Part shown: positions 1 to 12,924 of the stretch, one piece after another
How positions within the stretch are numbered: position 1 is the stretch's first letter
How the letters are laid out: each line of letters starts with the position of its first letter
NCBI RefSeq assembly: GCF_046119375.1
Contig: NW_027362769.1
Span: 369,210,001-369,274,000, forward strand
Length of the DNA: 64,000 bases
Source of the DNA: Phyllobates terribilis
Taxonomy: Eukaryota
Direction: 5' to 3'
Notes under the pieces: model-generated
Told to the model about the DNA's origin: nothing
Databases searched by the model: none
Seen by the model: only the letters and a program-made list of their open reading frames with translations
Made by a program: the position numbers and the translations under genes

Positions 1-798
1 TGTCCCTTAAAGGGGCCGCACGAGCGCCGTCCTAAGATATCCCCAGCCAATGGCCAGAGAGCATCTACTACTGCACCTGACGAAACAGAGGAATTGAAGC
101 ATGTGACACAGAGAAGCAGGAGGATCGAGAGGCAGTCAGCACCCATACTGCTCAGGAACCAGTACCAGGCTCTCATGCAGGAGAACGATGAAGAAATACA
201 GCAAAATAAGACTTTGCCAGCAATGAATAACCTTGTAAGCCCTCAGAATCCTCCTGGATGGAGAAAGAAGAATGTTGTGAAGAAAAAACGGAGAGTGGTG
301 GTCATGGGGGATTCCCTGTTAAGAGGAACAGAGGCCGCTATCTGCAGACCAGACATAACCTCAAGAGAAATGTGCTGTCTTCCAGGAGCAAAAATTAAAG
401 ATGTGTCTGACAGGATATCAAGACTCTTCAGACCTACAGATCACTACCCATTCCTGCTAATACATGTGGGGACAAATGACACCGCAAGAAAGGACCTGGA
501 AACCATCTGCAGTGACTTTGAAGACTTAGGCAAGAAAGTGAAAGAATTGGGAGCGCAGGTGGTCTTCTCATCCATCCTCCCAGTGGATGGCCATGGAACA
601 ATGAGGTGGAATAAGATTCTACAGGTGAACAACTGGCTACGTCGATGGTGCCGTCAACAAGGATTTGGATTTCTGGATCACGGAATGAATTACCTATACG
701 ATGGACTACTTGCTAGAGATGGGGTGCACCTTACGAAGACTGGAAAACATGTATTTGGAAGTCGCCTTGCTACACTCATCAGAAGAGCTTTAAACTAG
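1..798 (+). CDS. CR1 ORF1 protein, SGNH/GDSL esterase domain (5'-partial)
   Basis: Frame is open from base 1 to TAG at 796-798. Motifs VVVMGDSLLR, LPGA, HVGTND and DGVHL. Confidence 0.9.
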   Translation, partial: CPLKGPHERRPKISPANGQRASTTAPDETEELKHVTQRSRRIERQSAPILLRNQYQALMQENDEEIQQNKTLPAMNNLVSPQNPPGWRKKNVVKKKRRVVVMGDSLLRGTEAAICRPDITSREMCCLPGAKIKDVSDRISRLFRPTDHYPFLLIHVGTNDTARKDLETICSDFEDLGKKVKELGAQVVFSSILPVDGHGTMRWNKILQVNNWLRRWCRQQGFGFLDHGMNYLYDGLLARDGVHLTKTGKHVFGSRLATLIRRALN

Positions 799-920
799 AA
801 CAATGTGGGAAGGGAAGCAAAAGGCCAGAAAAAGCCATACAGCTGACAAATACTATTGAGATCTCTGCTACTGGAAGTGGAAAGGAAGAACAAAGACAAA
901 ACAATTTAAATAATAAAAAT

Positions 921-3710
921 ATGGGAGGAAGAGAAACCAATCACAAACTAAAATGTTTTTATACAAATGCACAAAGCATGGGCAACAAACAAGGAGAATT
1001 GGAACTACTAATGCAGGAAAAGGAATATGATGTCATTGGAATCACTGAAACTTGGTGGGACGATACACATGATTGGAATAAAAGGCTAAAAGGATACAAC
1101 TTATTTGCAAGAAACAGACTTGATAAACGAGGAGGAGGTGTTGCATTGAATGTTAGAAAAGCGTATATCTGCACAGAGATTGAAGCTTCAGAGACTGGGA
1201 GTTCTGTGGAAACTGTTTGGGTAAGAATACAAGGAGAGAACAACGGAAAGGACACCATTGTAGGCATTTACTACAGGCCACCTGGGCAAGCTGAAGATAT
1301 GGATGAACTCTTTATGTATCAAATGACCAAGTTCTCCAAAAAATATGACGTAGTGGTCATGGGAGATTTCAACTATCCAGACATTTGTTGGGAATCTCTC
1401 TCAAGTAAAACTAACAGGTCAAGCAAATTCTTATCCTCTCTTGCTGACAACTTTATCTTCCAAAAGGTAGGGGAGAAAACAAGGGGATCTGCTACTTTGG
1501 ATCTAATCCTTATAAACAGGGAGGAAATGGTTGAGGAGGTAAAGGTGGCTGGGACGCTAGGAGGCAGCGATCATGCTATTATAGAATTTTGGATAACTAG
1601 AGGAGGAAGACATGTGAAGACTCAAACTTCAAGGTTAGATTTTAGAAAGGCAGATTTTAAGAGACTCAGAAAGAGAATAGGAGGGATCCAATGGCTGGAT
1701 GTCCTTAAGGACAAAAATGTCCAGGAAGGATGGGAAATTTTTAAAAATGAGATTCTCAAAGCACAATCATTAACAATCCCGAAAAGTAGGAAGAATGGGA
1801 AGCATTTAAGGAAACCAGGATGGATGAACACAGAACTTAAACACATGCTAAAAAGAAAGAAAGAAATGTTTATTAAATGGAAAGAGGGAGGCATATCTAA
1901 AGAAGATTATAATGCAGTCTGCAGATCCTGCAGGGCACGTATCAGGTTAGTTAAAGCTGACAATGAATTAAGGCTTGCAAGAGATGTCAAAAGCAATAAA
2001 AAAGGATTTTGGGGGTATGTCAAAAGTAAAAGAAAAGTCAAAGATGCTATAGGATTTTTACAGGATGAAAATGGAGAAATGGTAAGAGAGGATGTTGAGA
2101 AGGCCGAACTTTTTAATTCCTATTTTACATCTGTTTTCTCTCAGAAAGAAAATGTAACATCAACTGATCTTCACTGTCCTTTTAAAGGAATAGAGGAATC
2201 AAAGTTATCTGTAAACAGAAAGATTGTGAGGGAATATTTAGCTAACATAAATGAGTTCAAGTCTCCAGGTCCAGATGAATTACACCCCAGAGTACTGAAG
2301 GAGATCGTAGAAGAAATTTTAGAACCACTCTCCATAATCTTTGAAAATTCTTTGAGAACAGGAGAAGTCCCAGAAGACTGGAGAAGAGCAAATGTTGTTC
2401 CTATCTTCAAAAAGGGGAAGAAGGTGGACCCAGGGAACTATAGGCCGGTGAGTCTGACTTCTATACCAGGAAAGATCTTTGAACAAATTATTAAACAACA
2501 TGTATGTAAGTACATGGATAAGAATGAAGTGATTAACCAGAGTCAGCATGGGTTTGTAACTAACAAGTCATGTCAGACTAACTTAATTTCCTTCTATGAC
2601 AGAATCACTGACTGGGTGGATCAGGGAAATGCTGTAGATATAGTATATCTTGACTTCAGCAAAGCATTTGACAAAGTATCTCACACCATCCTTATTGAAA
2701 AAATGACCAAGTATGCAATGGACCAGGCAACTGTTAGGTGGATTCATAACTGGCTTAGTGATCGGACTCAAAGGGTGGTTGTAAATGGCTTCACATCCAG
2801 CTGGATGAATGTCTCAAGTGGGGTACCACAGGGCTCCGTCCTGGGACCTGTATTGTTCAACATCTTTATCAATGATTTAGATGAAGGAATTGAGGGTAAA
2901 CTGATTAAATTTGCTGATGACACAAAGCTAGGAGGGATAGCTAATACTAGAGAAGAGAGAGAGAGGATTCAAAAAGACCTAAATAAACTGGAGCAGTGGG
3001 CAGCAACCAACAGAATGGTTTTTAACAGGGAAAAATGCAAAGTACTACATCTGGGCAATAAAAATGAAAAAAGCATATACAGAATGGGAGGAATAGAGCT
3101 AAGCAACAGTACATGTGAAAAAGACTTAGGTATACTAATAGATCATAGACTAAACATGAGTCAACAGTGTGATGCAGCAGCAAAAAAGGCAAATACAATT
3201 CTGGGATGTATTAACAGAAGCATACAGTCTAGATCACGTGAAGTCATTATCGGTCTTTACTCCTCTTTGGTCAGACCTCATCTGGAATACTGTGTACAGT
3301 TTTGGGCACCACATTTTAAAAAAGACATAGACAAACTGGAGCAAGTTCAGAGAAGAGCGACCAGAATGGTGACTGGTCTGCAAACCATGTCCTATGAGGA
3401 ACGGTTGCAGGATTTGGGAATGTTTAGCTTGCAAAAAAGAAGACTGAGAGGAGACTTAATAGCTGTCTACAAATATGTCAAGGGCTGTCACATTGTAGAA
3501 GGATCATCTTTATTCTCATTTGCACAAGGAAAGACTAGAAGCAATGGGATGAAACTAAATGGGAGGAGACACAGATTAGATATTAGAAAAAACTTTTTGA
3601 CAGTTAGGGTGATTAATGAGTGGAACAGGCGGCCACGAGAGGTGGTGAGTTCCCCTTCAATGGACGTCTTCAAACAGAGGCTGGACAGACATCTGTCTGA
3701 GATGATCTAG
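921..3710 (+). CDS. CR1 ORF2 endonuclease/reverse transcriptase (929 aa, uninterrupted)
   Basis: APE motifs YTNAQS, ITETW, YYRPP, GDFN, LDL and SDH. RT motifs YRPVSLTS, GVPQGSVLGP and KFADD. Confidence 0.97.
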   Translation: MGGRETNHKLKCFYTNAQSMGNKQGELELLMQEKEYDVIGITETWWDDTHDWNKRLKGYNLFARNRLDKRGGGVALNVRKAYICTEIEASETGSSVETVWVRIQGENNGKDTIVGIYYRPPGQAEDMDELFMYQMTKFSKKYDVVVMGDFNYPDICWESLSSKTNRSSKFLSSLADNFIFQKVGEKTRGSATLDLILINREEMVEEVKVAGTLGGSDHAIIEFWITRGGRHVKTQTSRLDFRKADFKRLRKRIGGIQWLDVLKDKNVQEGWEIFKNEILKAQSLTIPKSRKNGKHLRKPGWMNTELKHMLKRKKEMFIKWKEGGISKEDYNAVCRSCRARIRLVKADNELRLARDVKSNKKGFWGYVKSKRKVKDAIGFLQDENGEMVREDVEKAELFNSYFTSVFSQKENVTSTDLHCPFKGIEESKLSVNRKIVREYLANINEFKSPGPDELHPRVLKEIVEEILEPLSIIFENSLRTGEVPEDWRRANVVPIFKKGKKVDPGNYRPVSLTSIPGKIFEQIIKQHVCKYMDKNEVINQSQHGFVTNKSCQTNLISFYDRITDWVDQGNAVDIVYLDFSKAFDKVSHTILIEKMTKYAMDQATVRWIHNWLSDRTQRVVVNGFTSSWMNVSSGVPQGSVLGPVLFNIFINDLDEGIEGKLIKFADDTKLGGIANTREERERIQKDLNKLEQWAATNRMVFNREKCKVLHLGNKNEKSIYRMGGIELSNSTCEKDLGILIDHRLNMSQQCDAAAKKANTILGCINRSIQSRSREVIIGLYSSLVRPHLEYCVQFWAPHFKKDIDKLEQVQRRATRMVTGLQTMSYEERLQDLGMFSLQKRRLRGDLIAVYKYVKGCHIVEGSSLFSFAQGKTRSNGMKLNGRRHRLDIRKNFLTVRVINEWNRRPREVVSSPSMDVFKQRLDRHLSEMI

Positions 3711-3810
3711 TGAATCCTGCTTTGAGCAGGGGGTTGGACCAGATGACCCAGGAGGTCCCTTCCAACTCAACCATTCTATGATTCTATGATTCTATGATTC
3801 TATGATTCTA

Positions 3811-4231
3811 CTATATAAGGCACCTCCCCCAACATGCAGGTGCCTGACCAATGTTATCTATTAGTGTCTAATACTTCTATCAGCCCCCAGGTCCCAATGC
3901 TGCCCACCAGCCTGTCTATCAGCCGTACCCGCCAGCCTGTCTATCAGCCGTGCCCGCCTGCCTGCCTACCAGCCGTGCCCGCCTGCCTGCCTACCAGCCG
4001 TGCCCGCCTGTCTGCCTACCAACCGTGCCAACATGCCTAGCTGCCGTGTCAATCAGCGCCTGTCATCAGTCCGGTGGGAGTCGCCTGCTCTCACACGAGG
4101 TCAGTCCCGGAGTTGCACCTGGTTCGCCTTCCCGGTCCTTCCTTGGTTCACGTAGTCGACTAAGCCGCCGTATAGCCAAGGTCGGTCCAGGGTGAGGTCC
4201 CACAGTGGTTCCACCACCCAGCTCCGTAACA
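3811..4231. mobile_element. LTR-like fragment abutting (probably interrupted by) the CR1 3' end
   Basis: Starts with TATA-like ctatataagg, has an internal ~21-bp cctgcctaccagccgtgcccg repeat (about 3905-4040) and ends in CCGTAACA, a typical LTR terminus. Confidence 0.5.
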
Positions 4232-4379
4232 AAAGGATAATGTGCCTAACTCTAGAAAACCTCTGTCAGCTCTCGAAAACTGGCTATCCTCTAAAGGTCT
4301 GACAAGGGAAACAGGAGGACAGTGACCAGTGTTTGTGAAGATATTAGTCAAGCCTTATAAAGGAGAACTCCCAATGTCA

Positions 4380-4970
4380 TAAATCCGCAGAGCAAAGTTT
4401 ACATTTTGGACAAGGGAACATCCGGATAATGTTCTGGGGTGGCATAATGTACGGTAGTCGAACCTCTCAAGTCTTTATTCCAGGTGCACTAACAGCTTGG
4501 CTTTACAATGATTTGGTGGTGGAGCCAATGGAGCGGTCATTTCTCTAAAGTGTCCCAGGAGCCAATTTCCAACACAACAATGCCAGGCTACATGTTGCTT
4601 GTGCTACTGTGAGCAGCCTATAACAAGCTACCAAGGTCTGCAGCATCCGGACTTGTCTCCCATCGAGCACATCTAGGACGTCATTGGTCAGTGATTACAC
4701 AGGAGCTGCCAGCAGCGGATCTTGATGATTTGCCCAAGAGCTTTCAGAGCAAAACCTTCCTCAGTCGTCCATCAATAACCTCAGTGATGGCAGCTTAGGC
4801 TGTAAGTGCCGGGATTTCTGCACGTGGCGCTCATTCTCCCGACTGAATAAATCGAGATGTTCTAAATATTAGGTTTCCATTTTTTCAGCATTTTTAGATC
4901 AATAGCATCTCCATCCTGTGAGTTCCTTAATTCAAAGACTTTTCCTTTTTAGTGTTGTAATTTCAATGTG
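4380..4970 (+). mobile_element. Degenerate Tc1 transposase 3' remnant
   Basis: Manual translation gives IMFWGGIMYGSR, FQHNNARLHVA and PDLSPIEHI with stops and frameshifts. Boundaries are approximate. Confidence 0.75.
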
Positions 4971-5137
4971 CAGGCAAGAAAACTTGCTTTCTTCCATATC
5001 GGAGCTCATATTTAATATTTTGCCCTTCTGTGGCGCAACATAGACCTAAACGTCTCATACAATCTGACCCCATAGAAATCCTACTGTCTGGGAGCCAAGT
5101 GATGGATTTCTAAAGTCAATATATAGTGTATAATATA

Positions 5138-5400
5138 CAGGTGCATCTCACTAAATTAGAATATCATCAAAATATCATTTTCCAAGCTGTTGTTATAAAG
5201 TATTCTAATTTACTGAGATAACGACTTTTGTGTTTTCATTGGCTGTAAGCCATAATCATCAACATTAACAGAAATAAACACGTGAAATAGATCACTCTGT
5301 TTGTAATGACTCTATATAATATAGGAGTTTCACTTTTTGTATTGAAGAACTGAAATAAATTAACTTTTTGATGATATTCTAATTTAGTGAGATGCACCTG
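5138..5400. mobile_element. Tc1-family MITE, 263 bp, TA target duplication
   Basis: Perfect 35-bp TIR CAGGTGCATCTCACTAAATTAGAATATCATCAAAA at both ends; TA at 5136-5137 and 5401-5402. Confidence 0.92.
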
Positions 5401-8400
5401 TATATTTTACACTATTATATTGACTGTAGAAATCCATCACATTCCTGAATCCATCACCATTATTGATTTGTCTGCTGTTGGCAGAGGGTGGAATTTCCAT
5501 GGCGTCATGTTTTCTGAAATTATTACCTAGAAAGTGTCTCCCCGGTACAGTGAAAAGCCGGTGAAAAGGGAGCTCCTGTCCATAGACAGCCTACTGATGG
5601 GTGAGCACGATGGGACCGTATTTATGTCATATCATAATGACTTATAGTCCTAATTTGGGGTACAGAACTAGATACATCTACTAGGGAAATGTAATGTTGC
5701 CAGCAAGGGGGTATGAGTGAAGGTGAGGGGTCTGGTGGTGACCTCCCAAGAGAGGCATGAATATGGAGTAACACACGGATTGCAACTGCAGAAGTCAAGT
5801 TTTACTTAGTCAGGGGCACAAAGGAGTTTTCCACTACTTTGACAGAGAAAGTTTTTCTAGGAGAAGCCACTTCAGAAAAGGTCTTTTTCCTAAAGTGGCT
5901 CAACTGGCAGCTTTTCAATGCATATTTTTTGTACGTTCCACTATAATGGTGAACGAGCAGAAGCGGCCTGGAGATTGCCCATGCTATGTACATTAACTGC
6001 TTCATGGTTTCCGAAACAAAAGACTGAACAAGTGTACAGCAAGTTGTTTTTACATTGTTCTGCACTATGTTAATTTTTTGCTTTGGTTTCGAGTTGCTTT
6101 TCCAGGCAGATTTTGCCTGGAATCTGCCTGAAAAAGCAACTAGAAACCACCGTAAAAATACGTCATGTGTCACGATACTATTTTCTGATATTCCGGGAAC
6201 AGGGGCTCCTACCCTGTCCCTAATGCTATGGGCGCCCTTGCTATCACTGCTGGCCTTTTGACGGTGAAGATGCTGGGGCCACGTACCTTGCTGTTCTCCT
6301 GAATCAGCCCTTATCTGTCCCCTCCCCCACCCAGGGAAGTGGGGAGGAACAGTGTACGTAAATTAACAAACCAGACAAACAAGGAAAGGACGTAGAGGGA
6401 TAAATGAAAATACCAAATTTGACGAAACAGCTTCTAATCTTAATCAGCCAGACGTCCCCTGCTATACTAACTATGTAAATTGATTAAATACACAAACAAT
6501 GAGACCTGAGCCCTGTGGAATAATATCATCCCTAATCCTTGACCTGTGGATGTGTACTTGAAAGGAAGATTGTAACTATTTAAGGGACATATGACTCTGT
6601 AACAGTCAGAATCCAAAGAGAGAATCAAAGATCAATCAGACTCTTCGGGACATGAGCTTGGTAGCATGGCACGATCCAGAGAGTCACAGATTTGGATTCT
6701 ACGTGATTCTGGCGTAAGGGTACATGGCCCTGACTGGAAGGATATGGATCTGCTCCACTGACCATCAGAAAACCCTTGCATACATTTGGGGAGACCAGGT
6801 TGGCGATGAAGTCACCTGGCCCCATGGATATGTTGTTTGGGGTTGCCAGGTGGGACCCTCCGGTCACCTGGAACCCATGGAGACATTCGGAGAAGCCAGA
6901 TTGGGACCAGCCGGTCATCTGACCCCATGGAAACTCTCGGAGAGGCCAGGGTGGGACCCTCGGGTCTCCTGGCCTTGTACCTCGATGGACTGTCAGCTTC
7001 CTAAGCTTGCCGCTACCTCCTCTCTGTGGGGGCCCTATATAGAAGAGGGAGTGGCTGATACTGAACAGCTGAGAACTTCCAAGAAGGAAGCTACAGAGAC
7101 TCCAAACTGAGCAGTTTAACTCCTGCACTGCTGAAAGAAACCAGCACCATTTAATAAGAGGGAGAAGTGCTTCTATTCAATGCAGAAGTATGTGAACTGA
7201 GACAATGCGGTCTTCTGGCTCCTTTCTGTCACGGTAAACCCATGACATCATGTGCATATGTTCTTATAGAATAAAGAATGAAGCGCTACTTACCACTTCA
7301 ATGGTCCACATTGGTGGTCTCTGCCAGGACAGGAAGCAATTATGACGCGTCCATTAATTCTCCTGACCACTAAGGCCACTGATTGGCTGCAAGGTAGCCA
7401 AAAGTGTTGACGTCCCGTCTATCAGTCACCTTACCTTACAGACACTCACTGGCGTTCTGGTGACTTTATGGATGCGATGTTACCTCTTCCTCTATGGTGG
7501 AGACCACCGAGGTGGCACTGCTGGAAAGGTGGATGATTGAGATGATTTCTTTATTTTATAATAAAGTTTACAAAGTAGTAGAAAACTTTAAGTTGGTCCT
7601 GGTCAAAGCTTAGAAACGGTGTACCATAATTCTGGCCAGCCGCCCAAACTGTCCCGTCCCTTCCATTGGATGCAGCTTGTCCTCTTGGACTGTGTTCCCA
7701 CTGTGCGTGGGCTACAGCTACACCACAAGCAGACACTCAATAGGAAAATTCAACATTTTTAATCTGGACCTCTAACCCAACCCCATGATGTATCATTTTA
7801 AGGTTAAATATATAAAACTATTAAAAAAAGAATAATTAAAAAAAAAAAACGACAAGAAAAAAACAATGGGTTTGCGTTTTTGTTTTTTTTCATGTTTCTA
7901 TTAATTTTTTTTCTGGATATTACACTGTCCTCTCACTTACCAAAAATGGCCAGATAAGATATCTGAAATTTAATTAAATGGCCCTAATGGGCAATTTTTA
8001 TTCCAATGCAATTGTGAGCAGCAGTGAGGACACAAACAGTAAAAAATGCAAAAAAATGTATTTATATGTACAGTATGGGGATTATAAAAGTGACGGATTG
8101 ATTATTGTCCCTTAACGATCCCTAGTGATGTAATGGCATTGGTTGTCATTGAATATCTGGGCGTATTGAGCAGCTATGGGACAATGCTCCCTGGATTCCA
8201 GCCATCATCATGGCTGTAATACTTGTCATACTAGTAATATCTGTCTGCACGAGTATTGTCCCGTACAGGTGTGTCCCAAACCGCATAGCTGCCTGGAGGG
8301 GTGTATGGGGCGAACGACACCGATCAGCAATGATTAATAGCCAAGGATTTTTGTTATGATCTGCCGATGATTATCTAATCATATCATGTGCATAAATGAC

Positions 8401-9846
8401 TGTCGCTCACAGGTATGATAAGTGCCAGGAAGTGTAACTGAGCGTCATGCCCATACGTATCTGAATAATGCAGCAGCTTTCTAGGTTTTGTTTACTTGGA
8501 TACCTTAGTACATTGAGAACCATGAACACGTCTGTGATTAACTCGCGTGATGAACCCTTTTGAGACTGCAAACATTTTTTTTTTAGATTACGATCTAAAA
8601 TTTCTCTCTCTTTTTTTTATGGCTTGATAAAGGCCCAGCGCGGCCGAAACGTTGTGATTTTTCTGTACTAATAAATTTACCAAAAGGAGGACGTCTGGTG
8701 CCCTGGTTCCTGGATTTCTCTTGATCGAAAACATGCGTAGCTGCGCGAAGAAGACCCTCATCAAAAAATTACTCTGGTTTCGAAAAATGCATTTTTCTAA
8801 TATCACGTTCTAAAACTAAGTGTAAAAAGGGTTATTCTCATCATCGTAAATGGATAAGAAAGTACTTGTAAAAGAAGCAAGCTTGCTCTTATTAAAAATA
8901 CAGTACATTTTCAAGATCAGAAGGATTTTTAATTCGACAGTTTACTCTTTTTTTTTCCTATGTTACCGGCCACCTCTGCAATCTGTCAGCGGTGGCTGAG
9001 GGTAGCGCTTGCAAGCTCTTCTCTATAGAGCTTGTAAGCGCAGCGCTGAAGCTGAAAGGATCGCTTCAGTTCTAGCGTTTTTCAGATATTTGCTGGCAGT
9101 TAATAGGGAAAATACTATTTTTTTTCATGCTTTTGGTGCATTTTTTTTAATGCTTGTTTTTCCAAATTCAGTATGCTGTAAGAACGGTGGGTTTTTTTGT
9201 TCTCCAAAGCGAAAAAATACATAAAATATGGGGGGAAAAAAGAGAGAAAACACTTGTAATTTAAGCAGTTATGCACTTATGTCTAGACCCCCAATCACCA
9301 CTCTGGGGTCTGGACATCCAATGGCTCATACTACATATAATTTCTATTTCTTTGCTGCAGTTTCTCTTTAAACAAAATTCTACCATTACTTGATAAAGAA
9401 GTTTTCAGTTTTCCTCCCCTGGTTTCTTCATACTTCTCTCTCCTCCACCCTTTCAGTTGATGTCATCCGATGACATACGTATGTTTATGTCTTCTCCTGC
9501 TTTTATACACTCATATATTTTACAAGAGTCACTACGCCGTATAATTATCCCTTCATTATTTATTTCCCAATGATCCTTATATCTTGGGATTTAGGAATTA
9601 TTTAAAGGGGTCCTTTAAAAAAAAAAAAATGTCATAGTCCTATGTTATAAGTCAGTGGACCCCATCAATCACTATCCCCCTTTTGAAGAAAGTGGTTCCT
9701 GGTCCTATAAAGCACGCTGAGATGGACTAAGTATTGTCATCCTATGGATGTGCCTAGGACCAAGCGGAAAGATGGTGACGGCAAGGCATAATGGAAAGTT
9801 GCCGAAACCTTTCATTATACAATGATTAAACCTATTTATATTAAAG

Positions 9847-10893
9847 CATACATGCTAAACTCTGGCCCGCAGGGTGATTATATTTGGCCCGCGACACCAG
9901 AACCACCACCCCTATGTGGGGTCTATGATTCTGTATGGAGGACTATGTGGGGCACATTATTCTGTATGGAGGACTATGTGGGGCCCATTATTCTGTATGG
10001 AGGACTATGTGGGGCACATTATTCTGTATGGAGGACTATGTGGGTCCATTATTCTGTATGGAGGACTATGTGGGGTCTATGATTCTGTATGGAGGACTAT
10101 GTGGGGCCCATTATTCTGTATGGAGGACTATGTGGGGCCATTATTCTGTAGGGAGGATTATGTGGGGCCCATTATACTGTATGGAGGACTATGTGGGGCC
10201 ATTATTCTGTATGGAGGACTATGCGGGGCCCATTATTCTGTATGAAGGACTATGTGGGGCCCATTATTCTGTATGGAGGACTATGCGAGGCCATTATTCT
10301 GTATGGAGGACTATGTGGGGCCCATTATACTGTATGGATGACTATGTGGGGCCCATTATACTGTATGGAGGACTATGTGGGGCCATTATTCTGTTTGGAG
10401 CACTATGTGGGACCTATTATTCTGTATGGAGCACTATGTGGGTCCCATTATTCTGTATGGAAAGCTATGTGGGGCCACTATACTGTTTGGAGGAATATGT
10501 GAGGCCATTATACTGTATGGAGGACTATGTGGGGCCAATTATTCTGTAAGGAGGACTATGTGGTGCCCATTATTCTGTGTGGAGGACTATGTGGGGCCAT
10601 TATTCTGTATAGAGGACTATGTGGGGCCATTATTCTGTATGGAGCACTATGTGGGGCCCATTATTCTGTATGGAGGACTATGTGGGGCCCACTATTCTGT
10701 ATGGAGGACTATGTGGGGCCCATTATTCTGCATGGAGGACTATGTGGGGCCCATTATTCTGTATGGAGGACTATGTGAGGCCCATTATTCTGCATGGAGG
10801 ACTATGTGGGCTCATTATACTGTATACTGGATGGCCCACGACTTTGTCCAAATTTTTCATTTTGGCCTTCCTGTGTGTAGTTTGACATCCCTG
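9847..10893. mobile_element. Non-autonomous hAT element, copy 1, carrying a ~31-bp minisatellite
   Basis: Termini catacatgctaaactc and agtttgacatccctg; perfect 8-bp TSD TATTAAAG on both sides. Confidence 0.85.
9910..10825. repeat. 30-31 bp minisatellite (ATTATTCTGTATGGAGGACTATGTGGGGCCC), about 30 copies
   Basis: Direct tandem periodicity; it explains the overlapping repetitive ORFs at 9822-10899. Confidence 0.95.
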
Positions 10894-12924
10894 TATTAAA
10901 GAGAACCAGTCAGCAGGTTATTACATGTAGAAGAAGTGATGCGGCCGTATAGGTGCTTGTCCCTGATAAAAAATGATACCTTTATTGCTGAGATCCGATG
11001 TTCCAGTCATGAGAAATCAAGCATAGAAGTCATTTGCAAATCAGGCTGAACGAGCACTGGGGGTGTGTCAATGCACTTGAACTACTCACCCCCTAACTTG
11101 CATATGGTTTCTACACTTGATTTCTAATGTCTGGCACATCGGATCTCCACAAAAAAAAATATTTTTTTTGTTGGGGGGGACAGCAAGTGTCTATATGGCC
11201 ATACCACTTCTCCCATATGAAAAATATGCTGCCAAAAGCATCTAAATAATCATATTTAATCAATACAGAGAAAAAAATGTCACATTCAAGTTATGAGCTA
11301 TTAGAATTGTTTTTTAGTATCACTTACAAGACTTAAGATATCTGAACCTCCTTTTCGAAACTAGCATCGGCTATGACTTCATGCCAACTTTATGACTTGC
11401 CATTTTTCATTTTTGTGCCCCACTGGAAGCCCTATTCCTGCAGGAGGCCAATAAATATGTTGCCAGTTTCAGGTAACTGTTCAGAATAAGCTGTGGGTAT
11501 CCCTGATCTCCTGTCCCTATCTAGCACACATTCAGAAGCAGCCGTATGGAGGACATTACACATCAGCACTGAGCAGTGTAGCTGTGAATCCAGCTCTGGG
11601 GGAAAATAAAACACTTACCAGAAAGCACAGATCCCTTTCCTCTCCATAGACCTTAGAAGGTATCTTTAATCTGATCCCTTAGTGTGCTGCAAGTTCTTTT
11701 TGTCAGATTTATAGTAGTTTTTCAGAATGAATGATGAGTTCAGGAAGCAGGGAAAGAAGTGGCTCATAAGTGGAGATAGAAGCAAAGTTATTTTCTAAGA
11801 TATATTACAAAGTTTTGTTTGTACTATTGATTTATGTAAAGATTGTTGACTATTGCAGTTGATTTGCATTATCAAGTATCTATAACTTCCCATATTTTGT
11901 TTATTTCTTCTGAAGCTGTTTTTCTCTTGCCATCTGCAGTGTACCAGCCAATGCAGATTTTATCTATCAATCAATGACCAGTATTATACATGCTGGTGCC
12001 CTAACTATGATAATAAATCCTATTAGTACATGATATAAATGATGTTCCCATGCACAACATGGTCTTATCTCTGTGGACCTTGAGTTTGCACAGTTCTCTC
12101 CTGGGCAAGTGTGAAACTCACTGCCTTTACTATCACCACAAAAAGAAATTTGGGAGGAGTCGCATGGCTCGCTGGGTCACCTGTCTGTGTGGGAGGATAT
12201 ACACTATATAACCTGCTGTCTAATAACAACAATGATAAATCTCTTAGAAAGTCTATCATCAGCTGCCGGGATCAGGAAGACACATCAGGAAAACAGAAGC
12301 ACGCAGTCCAGTGAGTATTCAATTTTCATGTAATTCTTTGGTGCCACCACTCCTATCCTCCTCTATCTTCTAAAATAGGCTTCATCTTCTATTACTCTAG
12401 TACTTAAAGGTCTATAATGACTTATATCGTCTGCAGTCTTATGTCCTATAACAGCTCTAATTTCATATTGGCCCCACAGACCAAGTTGGGCTTTGTCTTC
12501 TTCAGTTCTCTACTTCTTTCCAAACCCAACAAGGGTCTCAAATTCCTGCACCAATCCTTAAGTCTTCTCCCCCACTCCATCTCAGTGAGGGTCTCCCTCT
12601 TATTTTTCCAGATCAGATTTATTTTTTACAAACATTTTCAATTTACGGACTGAAATTAGAACAAAGATAGACTTAACGACTCCCCAAACCTTGGCTGCCT
12701 TCATCTTCTTTCTGGTTCCTCTTGGACTTTCCATACCATACATTTGGCCCATCATCAATGAATTTCATGTTATAATCTTATTTACCAGTATTGTCTGGGA
12801 CACATATGTAAGCCCTAAATGGTTGGCATATTCTCCTCCAGCTCCCTAATACTTTATATTTCCGGTGTTCTTTCCCCTCTTTAGTTGATATCACAGTTGC
12901 CCCAAAATTAGTAACTTCTTGTGT

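Larger units (their letters stand above)
1..3810 (+). mobile_element. CR1-clade LINE, 3'-complete, 5' end outside the window; both ORFs open
   Basis: ORF1 SGNH esterase, then ORF2 APE endonuclease-RT, a short 3' UTR (3711-3772) and the CR1-diagnostic (ATTCTATG)x4 tail at 3773-3810. Confidence 0.97.

Noticed and set aside
6660-7128. ILRDSG motif resembling a Gypsy aspartyl protease near ORFs 6625-7128 and 6724-7110
   Set aside because: The frame closes after a few codons and no further protease or RT motifs were recognisable; at most a very old LTR-element remnant.
9822-10899. Overlapping ORFs of 83-204 aa (also the antisense copies at 23992-24519)
   Set aside because: By-products of the 31-bp minisatellite inside a hAT MITE; repetitive, open in several frames, no protein features.
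12065-12880. Possible decayed LINE (L1/Tx1-like) sequence on the - strand
   Set aside because: Only vague residue patterns and no diagnostic motif; it needs a profile search.
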